The notes beneath the pieces are model-generated. The model ran no database searches. It was given only the letters and a program-made list of their open reading frames with translations, and had not been told where the DNA came from. A stretch of 64,000 bases of DNA, taken from positions 32,001 to 96,000 of IMG/VR virus record IMGVR_UViG_3300033068_001704, one strand, 5' to 3'. The DNA is from a virus. Lineage: Duplodnaviria; Caudoviricetes. The stretch's first letter is position 1. Each line of letters begins with the position of its first letter. Both the position numbers and the translations under genes were made by a program. Shown here one piece after another: positions 19,468 to 29,663 of this stretch.

Positions 19468-21341
19468 GCCTCGGGAACTTCGTCCTCTCCGGCGCACGGG
19501 CGGTCTCTTCCGAGAAGACGAACAAGCCCGTCGCGAGCGCTGTCGAGTTCGTGGAGGAGCCCTGGGGCCTCGGGATGAAGCTCTTCCCGGTCCAGAGGGT
19601 CATCCTGAAGTGCCACTATGGGCTTGAGCTTGACGACAAGGACAAGTTCAAGATCTCCAACTGGCAGCGGGACAAGACCCTCGAATTCACAGAGCGGGAG
19701 TACCTGGAATACCTCTACAACGAGGGCCGCTCGAACATCAAGGAGATCGACCACGAGCGGCGAGAGATGATCCTCTCGATCGGTCGTCGTTCCGGCAAGA
19801 CCACGCTCTCTGCCTGCGTCGCAGCGTACGAGACGTACAAGCTCATCTCCAAGGGAGACCCCCAGGCGTACTACGGCCTCCCGCAGTCGAACATGATCCA
19901 GTTGATCTCGGTCGCTACCGACAAGGATCAGGCTGGACTCCTGTACCAGGAAGTCAGCGGACACTTCCGGAATTGCAGCTTCTTCGCCCCCTACACCGCG
20001 AACAACACGATGTCCTACGCCCGCTTCCAGACGCCCAAGGACGTCGAGAAGTACGGGGCATACATCGACGACCCGAGCGCGAAGGCGACCATCAAGGTCA
20101 CGTTCCGCTCGTGCGTGGCGAAGGGTCTTCGAGGCGCCGGCAACATCGTCGTCATCCTCGACGAGGTCGCCCACTTCACTGACGCTGGGCAGTCGTCGGC
20201 CGACTCGGTCTACAACGCTGTCGTTCCTTCGACCTCCGCCTACTCCCCGAAGGACCCGAACGATCGCCGGGTCCCGACGGGACAGGTTGAAGCCCGGGTG
20301 ATTCTGATCTCGTCCCCGCTCGGACGTCAGGGCTTGTTCTACAAGCTCTTCACGATGGGCATGAGCGGTGGGTCCGTCGGCAAGAACATGCTCTGCATCC
20401 AGGCCCCGACCTGGGAGGTGAACCCTACGGTTCCCGCGAGCGAGTTCGAGAAGAACTACCTCAAGGACCCTGCCGTCTTCTTCACGGAGTACGGCGGTGA
20501 GTTCACGGATCGAACGCGTGGTTGGATCGAGCGGGAGGAAGACCTCGTCGCCTGCATCAACAAGGACCTCCGACCGTTGGTTCGAGGGATCCCGCGCAAG
20601 CCCCACTTCCTCGGGCTCGACCTTGGTCTCGTGGGCGACGGGACGGCCATTGCCGTAGGCCACATCGAGGAAGGCGGCCTGATTCAGACCGACTACATCG
20701 ACCAGATCAAGGCGGGGGAGGGGAAGCACAAGGACAAGGAGCGCCTCGACTTCGACGATGTCGCGGACTGGATCAAAGAGGTCTGCAATCGCTTCTACAT
20801 CGTGGAAGGCATCTTCGATCAGTGGGCCGGCATCCCCTTGGAGCAGGCCCTCGCGAAGAGGGGTCTGGCACAGATGAAGGCGGTTCAGATGACCAAGAAT
20901 CTGACCTCTCAGATGTTCCAGAACTTCAAGGACATGATGTGGGACAAGAAGCTTGTCCTGTATGACTACCCGATCTTGCAGAACGAGCAGCACAGCGCCC
21001 ACATCACGGAGTTGCTCGAACTTCAGGCTCGTTTCCAGTCGAAGTACATCACGACCGTAGAAGCCCCGAACATCGAAGGGAAGCACGACGATCTCTCCGA
21101 CGCGATCGTCCGCATGGTCTGGGTCGCCTCGAATCGTCTCATGAAGCAACCGCACCTTGCGGGGTCTGGTGTCGCATCAGGGTTGACGATCGGGGGGACA
21201 GGGATCCCGCCCTCGGCTCGAAGGCGACTTCTTCAGAGCGGTAGCCACGAGTCCCGGATGGTTCCGAGAGGACCTGGGATGAGGGGCGGGGCGGGACGCG
21301 GGAGATCCCCGCTCGGTGGAAGACCTCTGCGCGGGAGGTAG
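19464..21341 (+). CDS. terL: Terminase large subunit
   Basis: Walker A GRRSGKT, Walker B VVILDE, coupling motif LISSP, EYGGEF, RNase H LGLDLG ... HDDLSDA. Confidence 0.93.
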   Translation: MSLGNFVLSGARAVSSEKTNKPVASAVEFVEEPWGLGMKLFPVQRVILKCHYGLELDDKDKFKISNWQRDKTLEFTEREYLEYLYNEGRSNIKEIDHERREMILSIGRRSGKTTLSACVAAYETYKLISKGDPQAYYGLPQSNMIQLISVATDKDQAGLLYQEVSGHFRNCSFFAPYTANNTMSYARFQTPKDVEKYGAYIDDPSAKATIKVTFRSCVAKGLRGAGNIVVILDEVAHFTDAGQSSADSVYNAVVPSTSAYSPKDPNDRRVPTGQVEARVILISSPLGRQGLFYKLFTMGMSGGSVGKNMLCIQAPTWEVNPTVPASEFEKNYLKDPAVFFTEYGGEFTDRTRGWIEREEDLVACINKDLRPLVRGIPRKPHFLGLDLGLVGDGTAIAVGHIEEGGLIQTDYIDQIKAGEGKHKDKERLDFDDVADWIKEVCNRFYIVEGIFDQWAGIPLEQALAKRGLAQMKAVQMTKNLTSQMFQNFKDMMWDKKLVLYDYPILQNEQHSAHITELLELQARFQSKYITTVEAPNIEGKHDDLSDAIVRMVWVASNRLMKQPHLAGSGVASGLTIGGTGIPPSARRRLLQSGSHESRMVPRGPGMRGGAGRGRSPLGGRPLRGR

Positions 21342-21348
21342 CGACACC

Positions 21349-21615
21349 ATGCGCAGGATCGAAGCAAAGGGCGACCCGCTCAAGCCGTCGAGGGCCGACT
21401 ACCGGATCATCCGGAAGATCCTCGAATCGACCTACAGCGGGAAGGTCTCCCACATCCCTGAGGAGTACGACCGCGTGATCGCCGTCTTCTCTCGGGCTGG
21501 GGGGTCGTGGGAACGCCTGTTCGGCGGGTCGATCGACGACATCCGCTTGCTGAAGATGACGCTGCGGGTCGCGTTCAAGAACGGTCACCTCACCCGTTCC
21601 CCTGAGTGGAAGTGA
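21349..21615 (+). CDS. Hypothetical protein
   Basis: ORF with GGAGG upstream, between terL and portal. Confidence 0.55.
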   Translation: MRRIEAKGDPLKPSRADYRIIRKILESTYSGKVSHIPEEYDRVIAVFSRAGGSWERLFGGSIDDIRLLKMTLRVAFKNGHLTRSPEWK

Positions 21616-21634
21616 TCCACCGGTACAGTGCCGG

Positions 21635-21946
21635 GTGAGAGGTCGTCTCCGTTCGCGCTTGTCCACCACCGAGATCGACCGTCAGGTCGGGGCTCGGATG
21701 ATTGATGCCGAGCGGGCAACCGTCGCGGCTTTGAGGGACGTCCAACAGCACCTGAAGACGGTGAAAGACCCGTTGGAAGTGACCCGATCGAAGCGGGTTT
21801 TCCGAGACCTCCAGGGTGTCCTCTCCGCGATTTCTAGGGTCCGTTCGGTTCGTTCCCTCTATGGCGTTGAGGATGACGTGGATCCCAAGACGCCTCCCGC
21901 CCCCAAAACCCCGCCGGTTGGGCCGGAAACACCCCCGACTACGTGA
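21635..21946 (+). CDS. Hypothetical protein
   Basis: ORF preceded by TACAGT -10-like box 5 nt before GTG. Confidence 0.5.
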   Translation: MRGRLRSRLSTTEIDRQVGARMIDAERATVAALRDVQQHLKTVKDPLEVTRSKRVFRDLQGVLSAISRVRSVRSLYGVEDDVDPKTPPAPKTPPVGPETPPTT

Positions 21947-21959
21947 TGAGTGAACGCGC

Positions 21960-23753
21960 ATGAAGACGAGTCGTCAGGACGACCCCCAGGGGCGTGAGGT
22001 CGGACGCATGAAGCGTGCGGGCCAGGGCGACAAGACCGCTCGCCCCGCGCCTTATGCGGGGCAGCGCTCGGAATCCGAGGGTCAGGGCGGCGTGGAGGTC
22101 AAGCGCGTCAACAAGCGCGCGAACGTCGAGGTGGGGAAGCCGACCCGCATTCTGACGAGCGCGATGCGCTCGAAGGTCGCGTTCCCCTCGGTGGGTGCGA
22201 CCTCGTCGGCAAGCGGCGGCAACTTCTACTCGCCGGAGCTTTCGACCGACTTCCTCGAACTGCCTCAGTCCGCCGATGAGAAGCGGAATTACTTCCGGTT
22301 CTTCTACGAGACTGACCCCTTCGTAGGTCAGGCCGTGGACCTGCACACGGAGCTTCCGCTGTCGAAGGTCCGTCTCGGGATGCCGGACGCGAAGAGCACA
22401 GCGCTCGCGAAGCGGTCGCTCGATTTCTGCTCTCGGTGGTCGAAGAAGATCGGCCTACTTCAGCACCTCCTCTCGATCGTCCACGATTACAACCTCCTCG
22501 GTGAGGTTTTCGTGTTCGCCGAGGACACCTCCCCCGACATGCCCGAGGAGGTGATGTACGACTACGAGCGGGAGATCGACTCGGACGGGAACGCAGTCGA
22601 GGCCAAGAAGAAGCGCCCTGATTGGGCGGAACGTGCCGAAGCCTGGCTGAAGAAGAACTACACGGGGTGGACGGCCATCCGAGTTCTTCCGCCCGAGCAG
22701 ATTCAGGTTGAGAGCTTCCCGTTCACCGACGAGAAGATGATCGAGCTGATCCCCGACTCCAAGACCAAGGACCTGATCGCAAGGGCCGAGGGGGGGGATG
22801 TCCGGGCGGCCAAGATCGTCAAGACGATGCCCAAGGACGTCGTCGAATCCATCCGTGAAGGGAACAACATCCCCCTGAACACGGACCCGGAGGCGGGAAG
22901 CTTCGTCAGCTACCTCGCCCGAAAGAAGTCGCAGTACGAGCCGCGTGGGCACTCGATCTTGGAGCGCTGTCTCCGGATCCTTGTCTACCGCGACAAGCTT
23001 CGTCAGGCCCAGACCTCCATCGCTTCCCGGCACATGACCCCGATCCGGGTTGTGTGGGCAGAGGATGCGGATGCCCCGAGCGTGGATGCGCTCCGTGAGC
23101 AGGTCGAGCTGGCTCTCATGGATCCGGACTACTCCATCGTCACGAACTTCCAGGTGAACTGGGAGGAGATGGGCAGCAACGGCCGTCTTCTCGAACTCTC
23201 CGGTGAGTACGAGATGACGGATCGGCAGATGTACGCCGGCCTCGGGGTCACCGAGAGCCTCCTGTCGGGTGAGTCGAGCTACTCAGGCGACCGGATCAAC
23301 CTGGAGGTCATCAACACCAGGTACATGCTCCTCCGAGAGATCCTCCAGGACTTCGTGGAGAACAACCTCTTCCGGCCGATGTGCCAGAGGATGGGCTTCG
23401 TCGAGACCGACGCGGAAGGCAACGAGGAAGTCATCGTCCCGAGCCTCTCGTTCACGCGGCTCGCTCTGCGCGACAACGCAGATACATTCGATGCCCTGTT
23501 CAACCTCTACCAGAAGGGCTCGTTGGACATCGATGTCATCCTGGAGCTGCTGAACATCGACCCGAACACGACGCGCGAGAAGCTCATCCGAGACCTCTTC
23601 ACCGTCAACGACGCGAAGTTCAACGACATGCTCGGGGGCATCTACGGGTCCGCGGGCCAGGCGCTGGTCGAGAACTCCGATGTCATCGAGAAGCTCGCCA
23701 AGTACCTCCACCTCAAATTCGAGAAGAAGAGCGAAGAGGGGGGTCGTTTCTAG
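21960..23753 (+). CDS. Portal protein
   Basis: 597 aa after TerL; FFYETDPFVGQAVDLHTELP, GEVFVF, RGHSILERCL, GLGV..SLL.G helical pattern typical of portals. Confidence 0.8.
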   Translation: MKTSRQDDPQGREVGRMKRAGQGDKTARPAPYAGQRSESEGQGGVEVKRVNKRANVEVGKPTRILTSAMRSKVAFPSVGATSSASGGNFYSPELSTDFLELPQSADEKRNYFRFFYETDPFVGQAVDLHTELPLSKVRLGMPDAKSTALAKRSLDFCSRWSKKIGLLQHLLSIVHDYNLLGEVFVFAEDTSPDMPEEVMYDYEREIDSDGNAVEAKKKRPDWAERAEAWLKKNYTGWTAIRVLPPEQIQVESFPFTDEKMIELIPDSKTKDLIARAEGGDVRAAKIVKTMPKDVVESIREGNNIPLNTDPEAGSFVSYLARKKSQYEPRGHSILERCLRILVYRDKLRQAQTSIASRHMTPIRVVWAEDADAPSVDALREQVELALMDPDYSIVTNFQVNWEEMGSNGRLLELSGEYEMTDRQMYAGLGVTESLLSGESSYSGDRINLEVINTRYMLLREILQDFVENNLFRPMCQRMGFVETDAEGNEEVIVPSLSFTRLALRDNADTFDALFNLYQKGSLDIDVILELLNIDPNTTREKLIRDLFTVNDAKFNDMLGGIYGSAGQALVENSDVIEKLAKYLHLKFEKKSEEGGRF

Positions 23754-23780
23754 GCTTATGCGGGTCGGGAGGTAGTACCC

Positions 23781-24194
23781 GTGGCGGACCTTCTCCCGAT
23801 CATGCACCCCCTCTACAACCTGAGGGAAATCTGCAAGCAGTCCGCGTTGTTGGAGGACCACCTCAACAACAAGCGCAAGCGCTGCGAGGACTGCATCAGG
23901 AAGCACTTCCTGACGATCGAGGCTCTGTTCGAAGAGGCTCTATCGCTCGACAGTGAGCAGAAGTGGTTCGAGCACCTGGATGGGAAGGCGGATGATGTCC
24001 GGCTCCTTCAGGAACGATGGCTCGACGGGGAAGACGAGCTGGACGTCGCCCAGGAACTGAGAGCGATGCGCAAGGAATTCGCACCCATCTGCTTCGATCT
24101 CCGTGAGATGACTGAAGAATCTCGCCTGGCTTCACTCGCCTCCCAAGTGGCTGACGTCTTCCTGGGACGCCGGGTAGCGCACACGGGAGGCTGA
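23781..24194 (+). CDS. Hypothetical protein (CxxC..KH)
   Basis: LLEDHL....KRCEDCIRKH; C-terminal RLAS/RRVA motifs. Confidence 0.65.
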   Translation: MADLLPIMHPLYNLREICKQSALLEDHLNNKRKRCEDCIRKHFLTIEALFEEALSLDSEQKWFEHLDGKADDVRLLQERWLDGEDELDVAQELRAMRKEFAPICFDLREMTEESRLASLASQVADVFLGRRVAHTGG

Positions 24195-24195
24195 G

Positions 24196-27100
24196 ATGGG
24201 GGCCACTAAGCTCCACGTCTTCGACTTCGACGGCACCCTCTTTCTCAGCCCTGACCCCCCTCCGGGTACGGCACATGAGGACTGGTGGTCTCGGTCGCCT
24301 TCTCTGTCGCCCCCGTGCGTCCCTGAGCGGCCGTCGCGGGACTGGTGGAACCAGTCTGTCGTCGATGCTGCGAAGGCGGCGATCCAGGACAGTGACGGGA
24401 TCGCAGTGCTCGTCTCGGGTCGGGAAGAGAAGTTCATGCTTCGGGTGAAGGACCTCCTGAGCCAGGCGGGCCTGCACTTCGCTGAGGTGTACCTGTCCCC
24501 CGGGAAGGTCACGACCGATCGCTTCAAGATGGACGTGATCTGGAAGCTCCTCGACAACAACGCGGGCATCCGAGGGGTCTCGATCTGGGAAGATCGTGAT
24601 GACCACCTGCGTGTGTTTGCCGATGCGATCGAGGCACGAGGCCGAGCTTGCTTCCCTCATCTGGTGACAGTCCCCCGGAAGGAAGCCGACTGCTCGGCGG
24701 TGCGTGTCGCAGCTCGCTACAAGTCGAAGAAGAAGGACGAAGACGGCAACGTCCACTACGAGTACAGCGAGCGCCAGGTCAAGAACCGGCACAACGAGAA
24801 GGCTGAGCGCGTCGAGAAGCTCAGGAAGAACCTGAACGACCTCCGCAAGAAGGTCCTCTCGGACCTGAAGGTGGAGGACCCGAAGACGAGTCTCGCGGCT
24901 CTCGCTGTGGCCCTCATGGATGAGACCATCGAGCGCGTCGGGAACGATGGCAGCGCTTCCGAGGGTCACTTCGGGGTCACGGGGTGGTGCAAGAAGCACC
25001 TCACCTTCCGAGGCAACAAGGCGATCTTCAAGTACGTCGGCAAGTCTGGCGTCGATCAGGAGAAGGAAGTCACGAAGGCCCCGGTCGTGAAGCTCCTTCG
25101 TGAGCTGGCGCGTGGGAAGGGGAAGAATGATCGGCTGCTCGAAAAGGACGGCGTCGAGGCGAAGCCCGAGTTGGTCAACGAGTACCTGAAGCACTTCGAC
25201 ATCACCGCGAAGGACATCCGTGGCCTCCGAGCCAATCAGGAGATGTGCGAGGCCCTGAAGCGGACCCGGAGCAACGGGTCGAAGCTTCCGAAGGACCGCA
25301 AGAAGCGCGATGGGATCCTGAAGAAGGAGTTCCAGAAGACGTTGGAGGAGGTCGCCGACATTGTCGGTCACGAGCCTGCGACGTTGAGGTCGGACTATCT
25401 CGTCCCCGGGCTGGAAGACACCTTCATGAAGGATGGGACAGTCGTCTCGTCCTTCAAGTCGGCCACCAAGACCGAGGGTGAGCGAGAGGATGAGGCCACG
25501 CAGGCGCTCATCAAACCCAGCCCGAAGAAGAAGCCCCCTCGGGACGATCTCCGCAAGCGGAGGATCGAAGTCGATGATTCGGACGTCGGGGGCAAGGACC
25601 CTGACCTCTCTCTCAACTACAAGAGGGTTGCATCGCGGATCGCGATGTCAGTCCGTGTCGCTTCGCGCTTCGCCGGGAGGATCCCGATCCTGGTGGACGT
25701 GGCCTCGACCATCGAGGTGCGCCGGAAGCACCCCTCTCACCCCGAGGCGGTCTCCGCGACGTTCACAGGTCCCGTGATCCTCTATCGCATCTTCGACGGG
25801 GAAGAGCTTTCCCGTGCCCTCAAGGCAGGGAAGATCACGGGCGGGACCTACGCTGTGAAGGCCGAACGAGAGGTCGGGGCCTCATGGGGCACCAACCTGT
25901 CGGAAATCGTCCGGTGGGGCAACTCTCAGCGTGGGAAGCGTCTGGGGGAAGACCTCTTCGTCGCACGGCTGAATGCAGCTCGGAAGCGCTTCCTGCATCT
26001 CAACCCTGAGATCGACCCGATCGATCCGACGGGTGCCGCGGAGCAGATCCGCAGCATGGATGCGAGCCGCATCAACCTTGGTCTCGGGGCCTCGGTGGCG
26101 GACGTCTCCATCCAGAACGTGGGCCTGTTCAAGGTCCAACTGGATGGTCGTGTGGATGCGATCTCCCCCATGGAGGCGCAGTCGTACGTGGGGCTCCGAT
26201 CGAAGTTGGAGGTGGATCTCCGAGCGGTCAATTCCCAGCTCTACCAGGGCTCCATCCTTGGGGTGGACGTGCGCATCTGGGACAAGGGGGGTCGGTGGGG
26301 GGCATACCTCAATGACGACCGCCAGATCGCAACGAACGCTGCGACGAAGGATGACGCCATCGAGCTGGCGAAGATGGCGATTCGGATGAACCCGTCTCGC
26401 CCGGTCCAGATGGATGGGGCCATCTTGGCTCAGCGCCGGAAGTACGATCAGAACTTCGTGGCGGACGAAGACCCGAAGAAGGTCCGTGGCAATTTCAAGG
26501 TGCGCCCCCGAGACCGGGTCGAGGTGGTGAAGGGCGCTCCTGGGGTTGGGATCAAGGCTCGCGAGAAGCTCACCGTCGCCGATGTCTATCAGCTTCAGGG
26601 GGAGCGTGAAGTCCGCGTGAAGCTGCTGGCCGGGAACCGGCCTGTCCTCCTGTACGCGATTCACCCGAACCGCCTCATGGATCCGGAGATCCCGCTGCTC
26701 GACAGCCGGGGTCACCGAGTCCTGGTTCGCCCTCTCATTGACTCCCACCGTGTCGCTATGGCGATGAGGATCGCGGACGCCGAGATGGAGTTCGAGGAGT
26801 TCGTATCAGGCAAGTCGTTCCCGCACCCGAAGACCAAGAACCAGGTCAAGTTCCCCTCTCTCCCCATGGAAGAGCAGGATCGAATTCGGAAGGAGTGGGC
26901 CAAGAAGAGTGGCCCGAACGTTCCGAAGAAGTCTCCGAAGAAGTCCCCGAAGGAGACTGAGGGCAAGACTCCGGAGAACGCTGAAGCCGAAGCCGCGGAG
27001 AACGCGAAGAAGCTCAAGGATGAGCTGCGCGGCAAGGCCAGGTCTCTGGGGGATTCCCCTGCCTTCTCGGGTCGAACCCAGAAGGTGGTGGATGACACTC

Positions 27101-28380
27101 TGGATGGCCTCCTCGATTCCATGTCGGTGGAAGAGGCCTCGGAATTCGTAGCGGCGATCGTCTCTTCCCGCGATGCGGGGATCTCAGCGGTGGTGCGCAC
27201 CAAGAACCTCTCGGGTGTCCCGCCGGCTCCCAACGAGAACCAGCTCGCAGAGCTTCGGACGGACTACCGGAACCTCTCGAAGAAGGTGTCCGAGATCGAG
27301 TCCGAACGGGATGGGGCGGAGGACGACGACCAACGGAAGAAGTTCGAGGAGCAGCTCAAGCCGCTTGCCGAAGAACTCTCCGCGGCCCGCGAGAAGCTCC
27401 AGAACGGCTTCTCGAAATTCTACACCCGGGAGGCCGTCTCCGCGGCGCTCATCAACCCGATGACATGGCTGAAGGACGACGCGTCCACCCCCCTCGACAA
27501 GAAGAACGTCGGCACCCGAATCGAGGGGACGGTCAGTCGTTATCGCGACCTGGATGAGAGGGGCCGGGAGCAGTCTGCTGAGGCACTCGGAGACGTGGAG
27601 GAGAAGACCCTGGGGCGGATCGAGGAGCTGGAGGAGACCCTCCGGTCAGGGGACGACGTCTCCCAGGATCGAGCCGCTCTCACCCGTGAGCTGGAGGACG
27701 CGAAGAACCTCCTGGAGTACGTGGCGGCAGACCGCCGCGCCCTGGAGATCTCGGCCGTGTTCGAAGGGGACCGTGACGCTGGGGAGGGGATCCCGAAGGG
27801 GACCCGAGCCATGCTCAAGGCGCTCAAGGGCAGCGGGGTCATGATCTCGGAGATGATGGAGGCAGGGCTGGGCGTCCCTGGCTCGGAGCCGGAGGTCGAG
27901 GCGATCTCCCACCTGGTCCGGAAGATGGACCCGGAGCAGATGGAGGAGACCCTCCGTGCGCTCGATCCGAAGCTCGCGGATGTCTGGAAGAAGCTCCAAG
28001 AGGCGGACGACGAGGACCCGAAGTATCGGTGGCCGTTCTCTGGGCTCAGCAAGCTCGACGAAGGGTCGAGACGCGAGAAGATCGAGAACGCCCACAAGAT
28101 CTTCGTGGACCTGCTGACCGGGGTCGCGGTTGAGGACCTGTCAACCGATCAGACCTTCACCCCTTCCGCCCCGAAGGGCGCCCCCAAGACGAAGTCCAAG
28201 ACGAAGTCGGAACCCAGCGACTTCGAGGAACGTGGTGGGGATGAGGACGAGGAGACGACCTATGAGTCGCCGTTCAGCACGGCGATCGAGGACCTCGTGA
28301 AGCTCGATATCCCTGTGGATTCCCCGGAGTCGGGAAAGACTGGGTCGTACCCGACCTGGCCGACCCCGATTCCCGTTTAG
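24196..28380 (+). CDS. Multidomain polyprotein: HAD phosphatase + DNA topoisomerase IB core + ART-like domain + coiled coil
   Basis: LHVFDFDGTLF/SGR/FK/WEDR (HAD); ERVGN, VGKSG, AKDIR, VGH, RSDYL (TopIB R-K-R-H-Y); ILYR...ASWG (ART-like, weaker). Confidence 0.85.
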   Translation: MGATKLHVFDFDGTLFLSPDPPPGTAHEDWWSRSPSLSPPCVPERPSRDWWNQSVVDAAKAAIQDSDGIAVLVSGREEKFMLRVKDLLSQAGLHFAEVYLSPGKVTTDRFKMDVIWKLLDNNAGIRGVSIWEDRDDHLRVFADAIEARGRACFPHLVTVPRKEADCSAVRVAARYKSKKKDEDGNVHYEYSERQVKNRHNEKAERVEKLRKNLNDLRKKVLSDLKVEDPKTSLAALAVALMDETIERVGNDGSASEGHFGVTGWCKKHLTFRGNKAIFKYVGKSGVDQEKEVTKAPVVKLLRELARGKGKNDRLLEKDGVEAKPELVNEYLKHFDITAKDIRGLRANQEMCEALKRTRSNGSKLPKDRKKRDGILKKEFQKTLEEVADIVGHEPATLRSDYLVPGLEDTFMKDGTVVSSFKSATKTEGEREDEATQALIKPSPKKKPPRDDLRKRRIEVDDSDVGGKDPDLSLNYKRVASRIAMSVRVASRFAGRIPILVDVASTIEVRRKHPSHPEAVSATFTGPVILYRIFDGEELSRALKAGKITGGTYAVKAEREVGASWGTNLSEIVRWGNSQRGKRLGEDLFVARLNAARKRFLHLNPEIDPIDPTGAAEQIRSMDASRINLGLGASVADVSIQNVGLFKVQLDGRVDAISPMEAQSYVGLRSKLEVDLRAVNSQLYQGSILGVDVRIWDKGGRWGAYLNDDRQIATNAATKDDAIELAKMAIRMNPSRPVQMDGAILAQRRKYDQNFVADEDPKKVRGNFKVRPRDRVEVVKGAPGVGIKAREKLTVADVYQLQGEREVRVKLLAGNRPVLLYAIHPNRLMDPEIPLLDSRGHRVLVRPLIDSHRVAMAMRIADAEMEFEEFVSGKSFPHPKTKNQVKFPSLPMEEQDRIRKEWAKKSGPNVPKKSPKKSPKETEGKTPENAEAEAAENAKKLKDELRGKARSLGDSPAFSGRTQKVVDDTLDGLLDSMSVEEASEFVAAIVSSRDAGISAVVRTKNLSGVPPAPNENQLAELRTDYRNLSKKVSEIESERDGAEDDDQRKKFEEQLKPLAEELSAAREKLQNGFSKFYTREAVSAALINPMTWLKDDASTPLDKKNVGTRIEGTVSRYRDLDERGREQSAEALGDVEEKTLGRIEELEETLRSGDDVSQDRAALTRELEDAKNLLEYVAADRRALEISAVFEGDRDAGEGIPKGTRAMLKALKGSGVMISEMMEAGLGVPGSEPEVEAISHLVRKMDPEQMEETLRALDPKLADVWKKLQEADDEDPKYRWPFSGLSKLDEGSRREKIENAHKIFVDLLTGVAVEDLSTDQTFTPSAPKGAPKTKSKTKSEPSDFEERGGDEDEETTYESPFSTAIEDLVKLDIPVDSPESGKTGSYPTWPTPIPV

Positions 28381-28473
28381 TTCATTATTTCAAGACCTCA
28401 CATAGGTAGGGTGCCCTTGCGGCACATTCATAGGCTCCAACCAATTGCGGGCCTTCACTGGAGGATTCCCCCG

Positions 28474-29040
28474 ATGACCGTCAAGAAGGCAACCGCAGCG
28501 GGCGCTCGTCGCGTGACCGCGAATCTCGACAACCTCGCGAACCTGTTCCAGAACCACGCGGAGGCGCTCGGCGTCCCGAAGAAGGTGGCGATGGACTTCG
28601 CCTTCCGCTGTGACCTCCTCTCGGACGCCATCGAGAAGACGGCAGGCTTCGATGCCGCGTCGATCGGCAAGGTCGTTCCGGGTCCCGTGGAGATGGACTC
28701 GAACAACGCCTTCATGAAGGGCGAGTTCACGCAGGAGGAGAACGAGCAGCTCTCGCAGAAGCAGGAGAGCGGCACGCTCGCCCAGGGCGACAAGCTCGCA
28801 TCGCTCATCGCGCGTGAGGCGACTCGCATCGCGCACGAGATCATCGCGAAGGGCAAGCCCTTCCCCGGCGCAGCCGCCCCCTTCGGCTCGAAGGACGACG
28901 ACGCGAAGGACGACGACGCGAAGGACGAGTCCAAGAAGGAGGCCAAGAAGGCCGAAGAGGACGAGGACGAGAAGGGTGAGGCAGACGCCGAGGCGGCGAA
29001 GAAGAGCGCCTCGATGTTCGGTCTCTACTCCGCGAAGTGA
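28474..29040 (+). CDS. Head assembly/core (scaffold-like) protein
   Basis: GGAGG RBS, strongly biased codons, acidic/Lys low-complexity tail, upstream of protease. Confidence 0.55.
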   Translation: MTVKKATAAGARRVTANLDNLANLFQNHAEALGVPKKVAMDFAFRCDLLSDAIEKTAGFDAASIGKVVPGPVEMDSNNAFMKGEFTQEENEQLSQKQESGTLAQGDKLASLIAREATRIAHEIIAKGKPFPGAAAPFGSKDDDAKDDDAKDESKKEAKKAEEDEDEKGEADAEAAKKSASMFGLYSAK

Positions 29041-29660
29041 GCAGTCCCGTGCCGGTTCGCAAGGGTCACTACGTTGATTACCAGGCTCGTGGGGCTGCCT
29101 TCAGGGTTGGCGACCACGTGTACCCCATCGTTGGCGGCAATCCCGCGACGGGTGGGACGGTGGTCGCGGTGTGGCCCGCGATCGGCATGGTGGACGTTCA
29201 GTTCCCCCATGGTGCGACCCGTTACGCAGTCGAGGAGCTGGTCATCGACAGAGACTCGTCCGTCGAGAACCTCGTCGATGTGATGTCGGACTCTGTGCCT
29301 GGTGGCACCCCGACCGTCTCGGTGCCCGGCGGCCCGAACGTTCTCCTCAAGGACGTTCGGGACGAGGATGTCGAGGAAGACCTCTTCCGAGAGGCGAGCA
29401 TGTCTCGCAAGGCCTCCTCGGGTCGCGTCATCGAGGCCTTCATCAAGAAGGCGATCTACTGGGATTCCCCCGGTAGGAAGTACCGGATGACCCGGTCGGA
29501 GATGGGTTCGATGTGCCCCTCGTGCCCCAGGTGTCCTGGGGTCGAGCTGCGCAAGACCATCTACAAGCGTGAGGACGCTCGGAACGAGCGCTTGTACGCG
29601 TGCCCCGACTGCCTGTTCATGATCCGCCGAGACGACATCATCGGATTCGGAGAGGTGTGA
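29037..29660 (+). CDS. Hypothetical head-module protein with C-terminal Zn ribbon
   Basis: SH3-like FRVGDHV...GTVVAVWP; CPRC...ACPDC. Confidence 0.65.
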   Translation: MSSPVPVRKGHYVDYQARGAAFRVGDHVYPIVGGNPATGGTVVAVWPAIGMVDVQFPHGATRYAVEELVIDRDSSVENLVDVMSDSVPGGTPTVSVPGGPNVLLKDVRDEDVEEDLFREASMSRKASSGRVIEAFIKKAIYWDSPGRKYRMTRSEMGSMCPSCPRCPGVELRKTIYKREDARNERLYACPDCLFMIRRDDIIGFGEV

Positions 29661-29663
29661 GCG

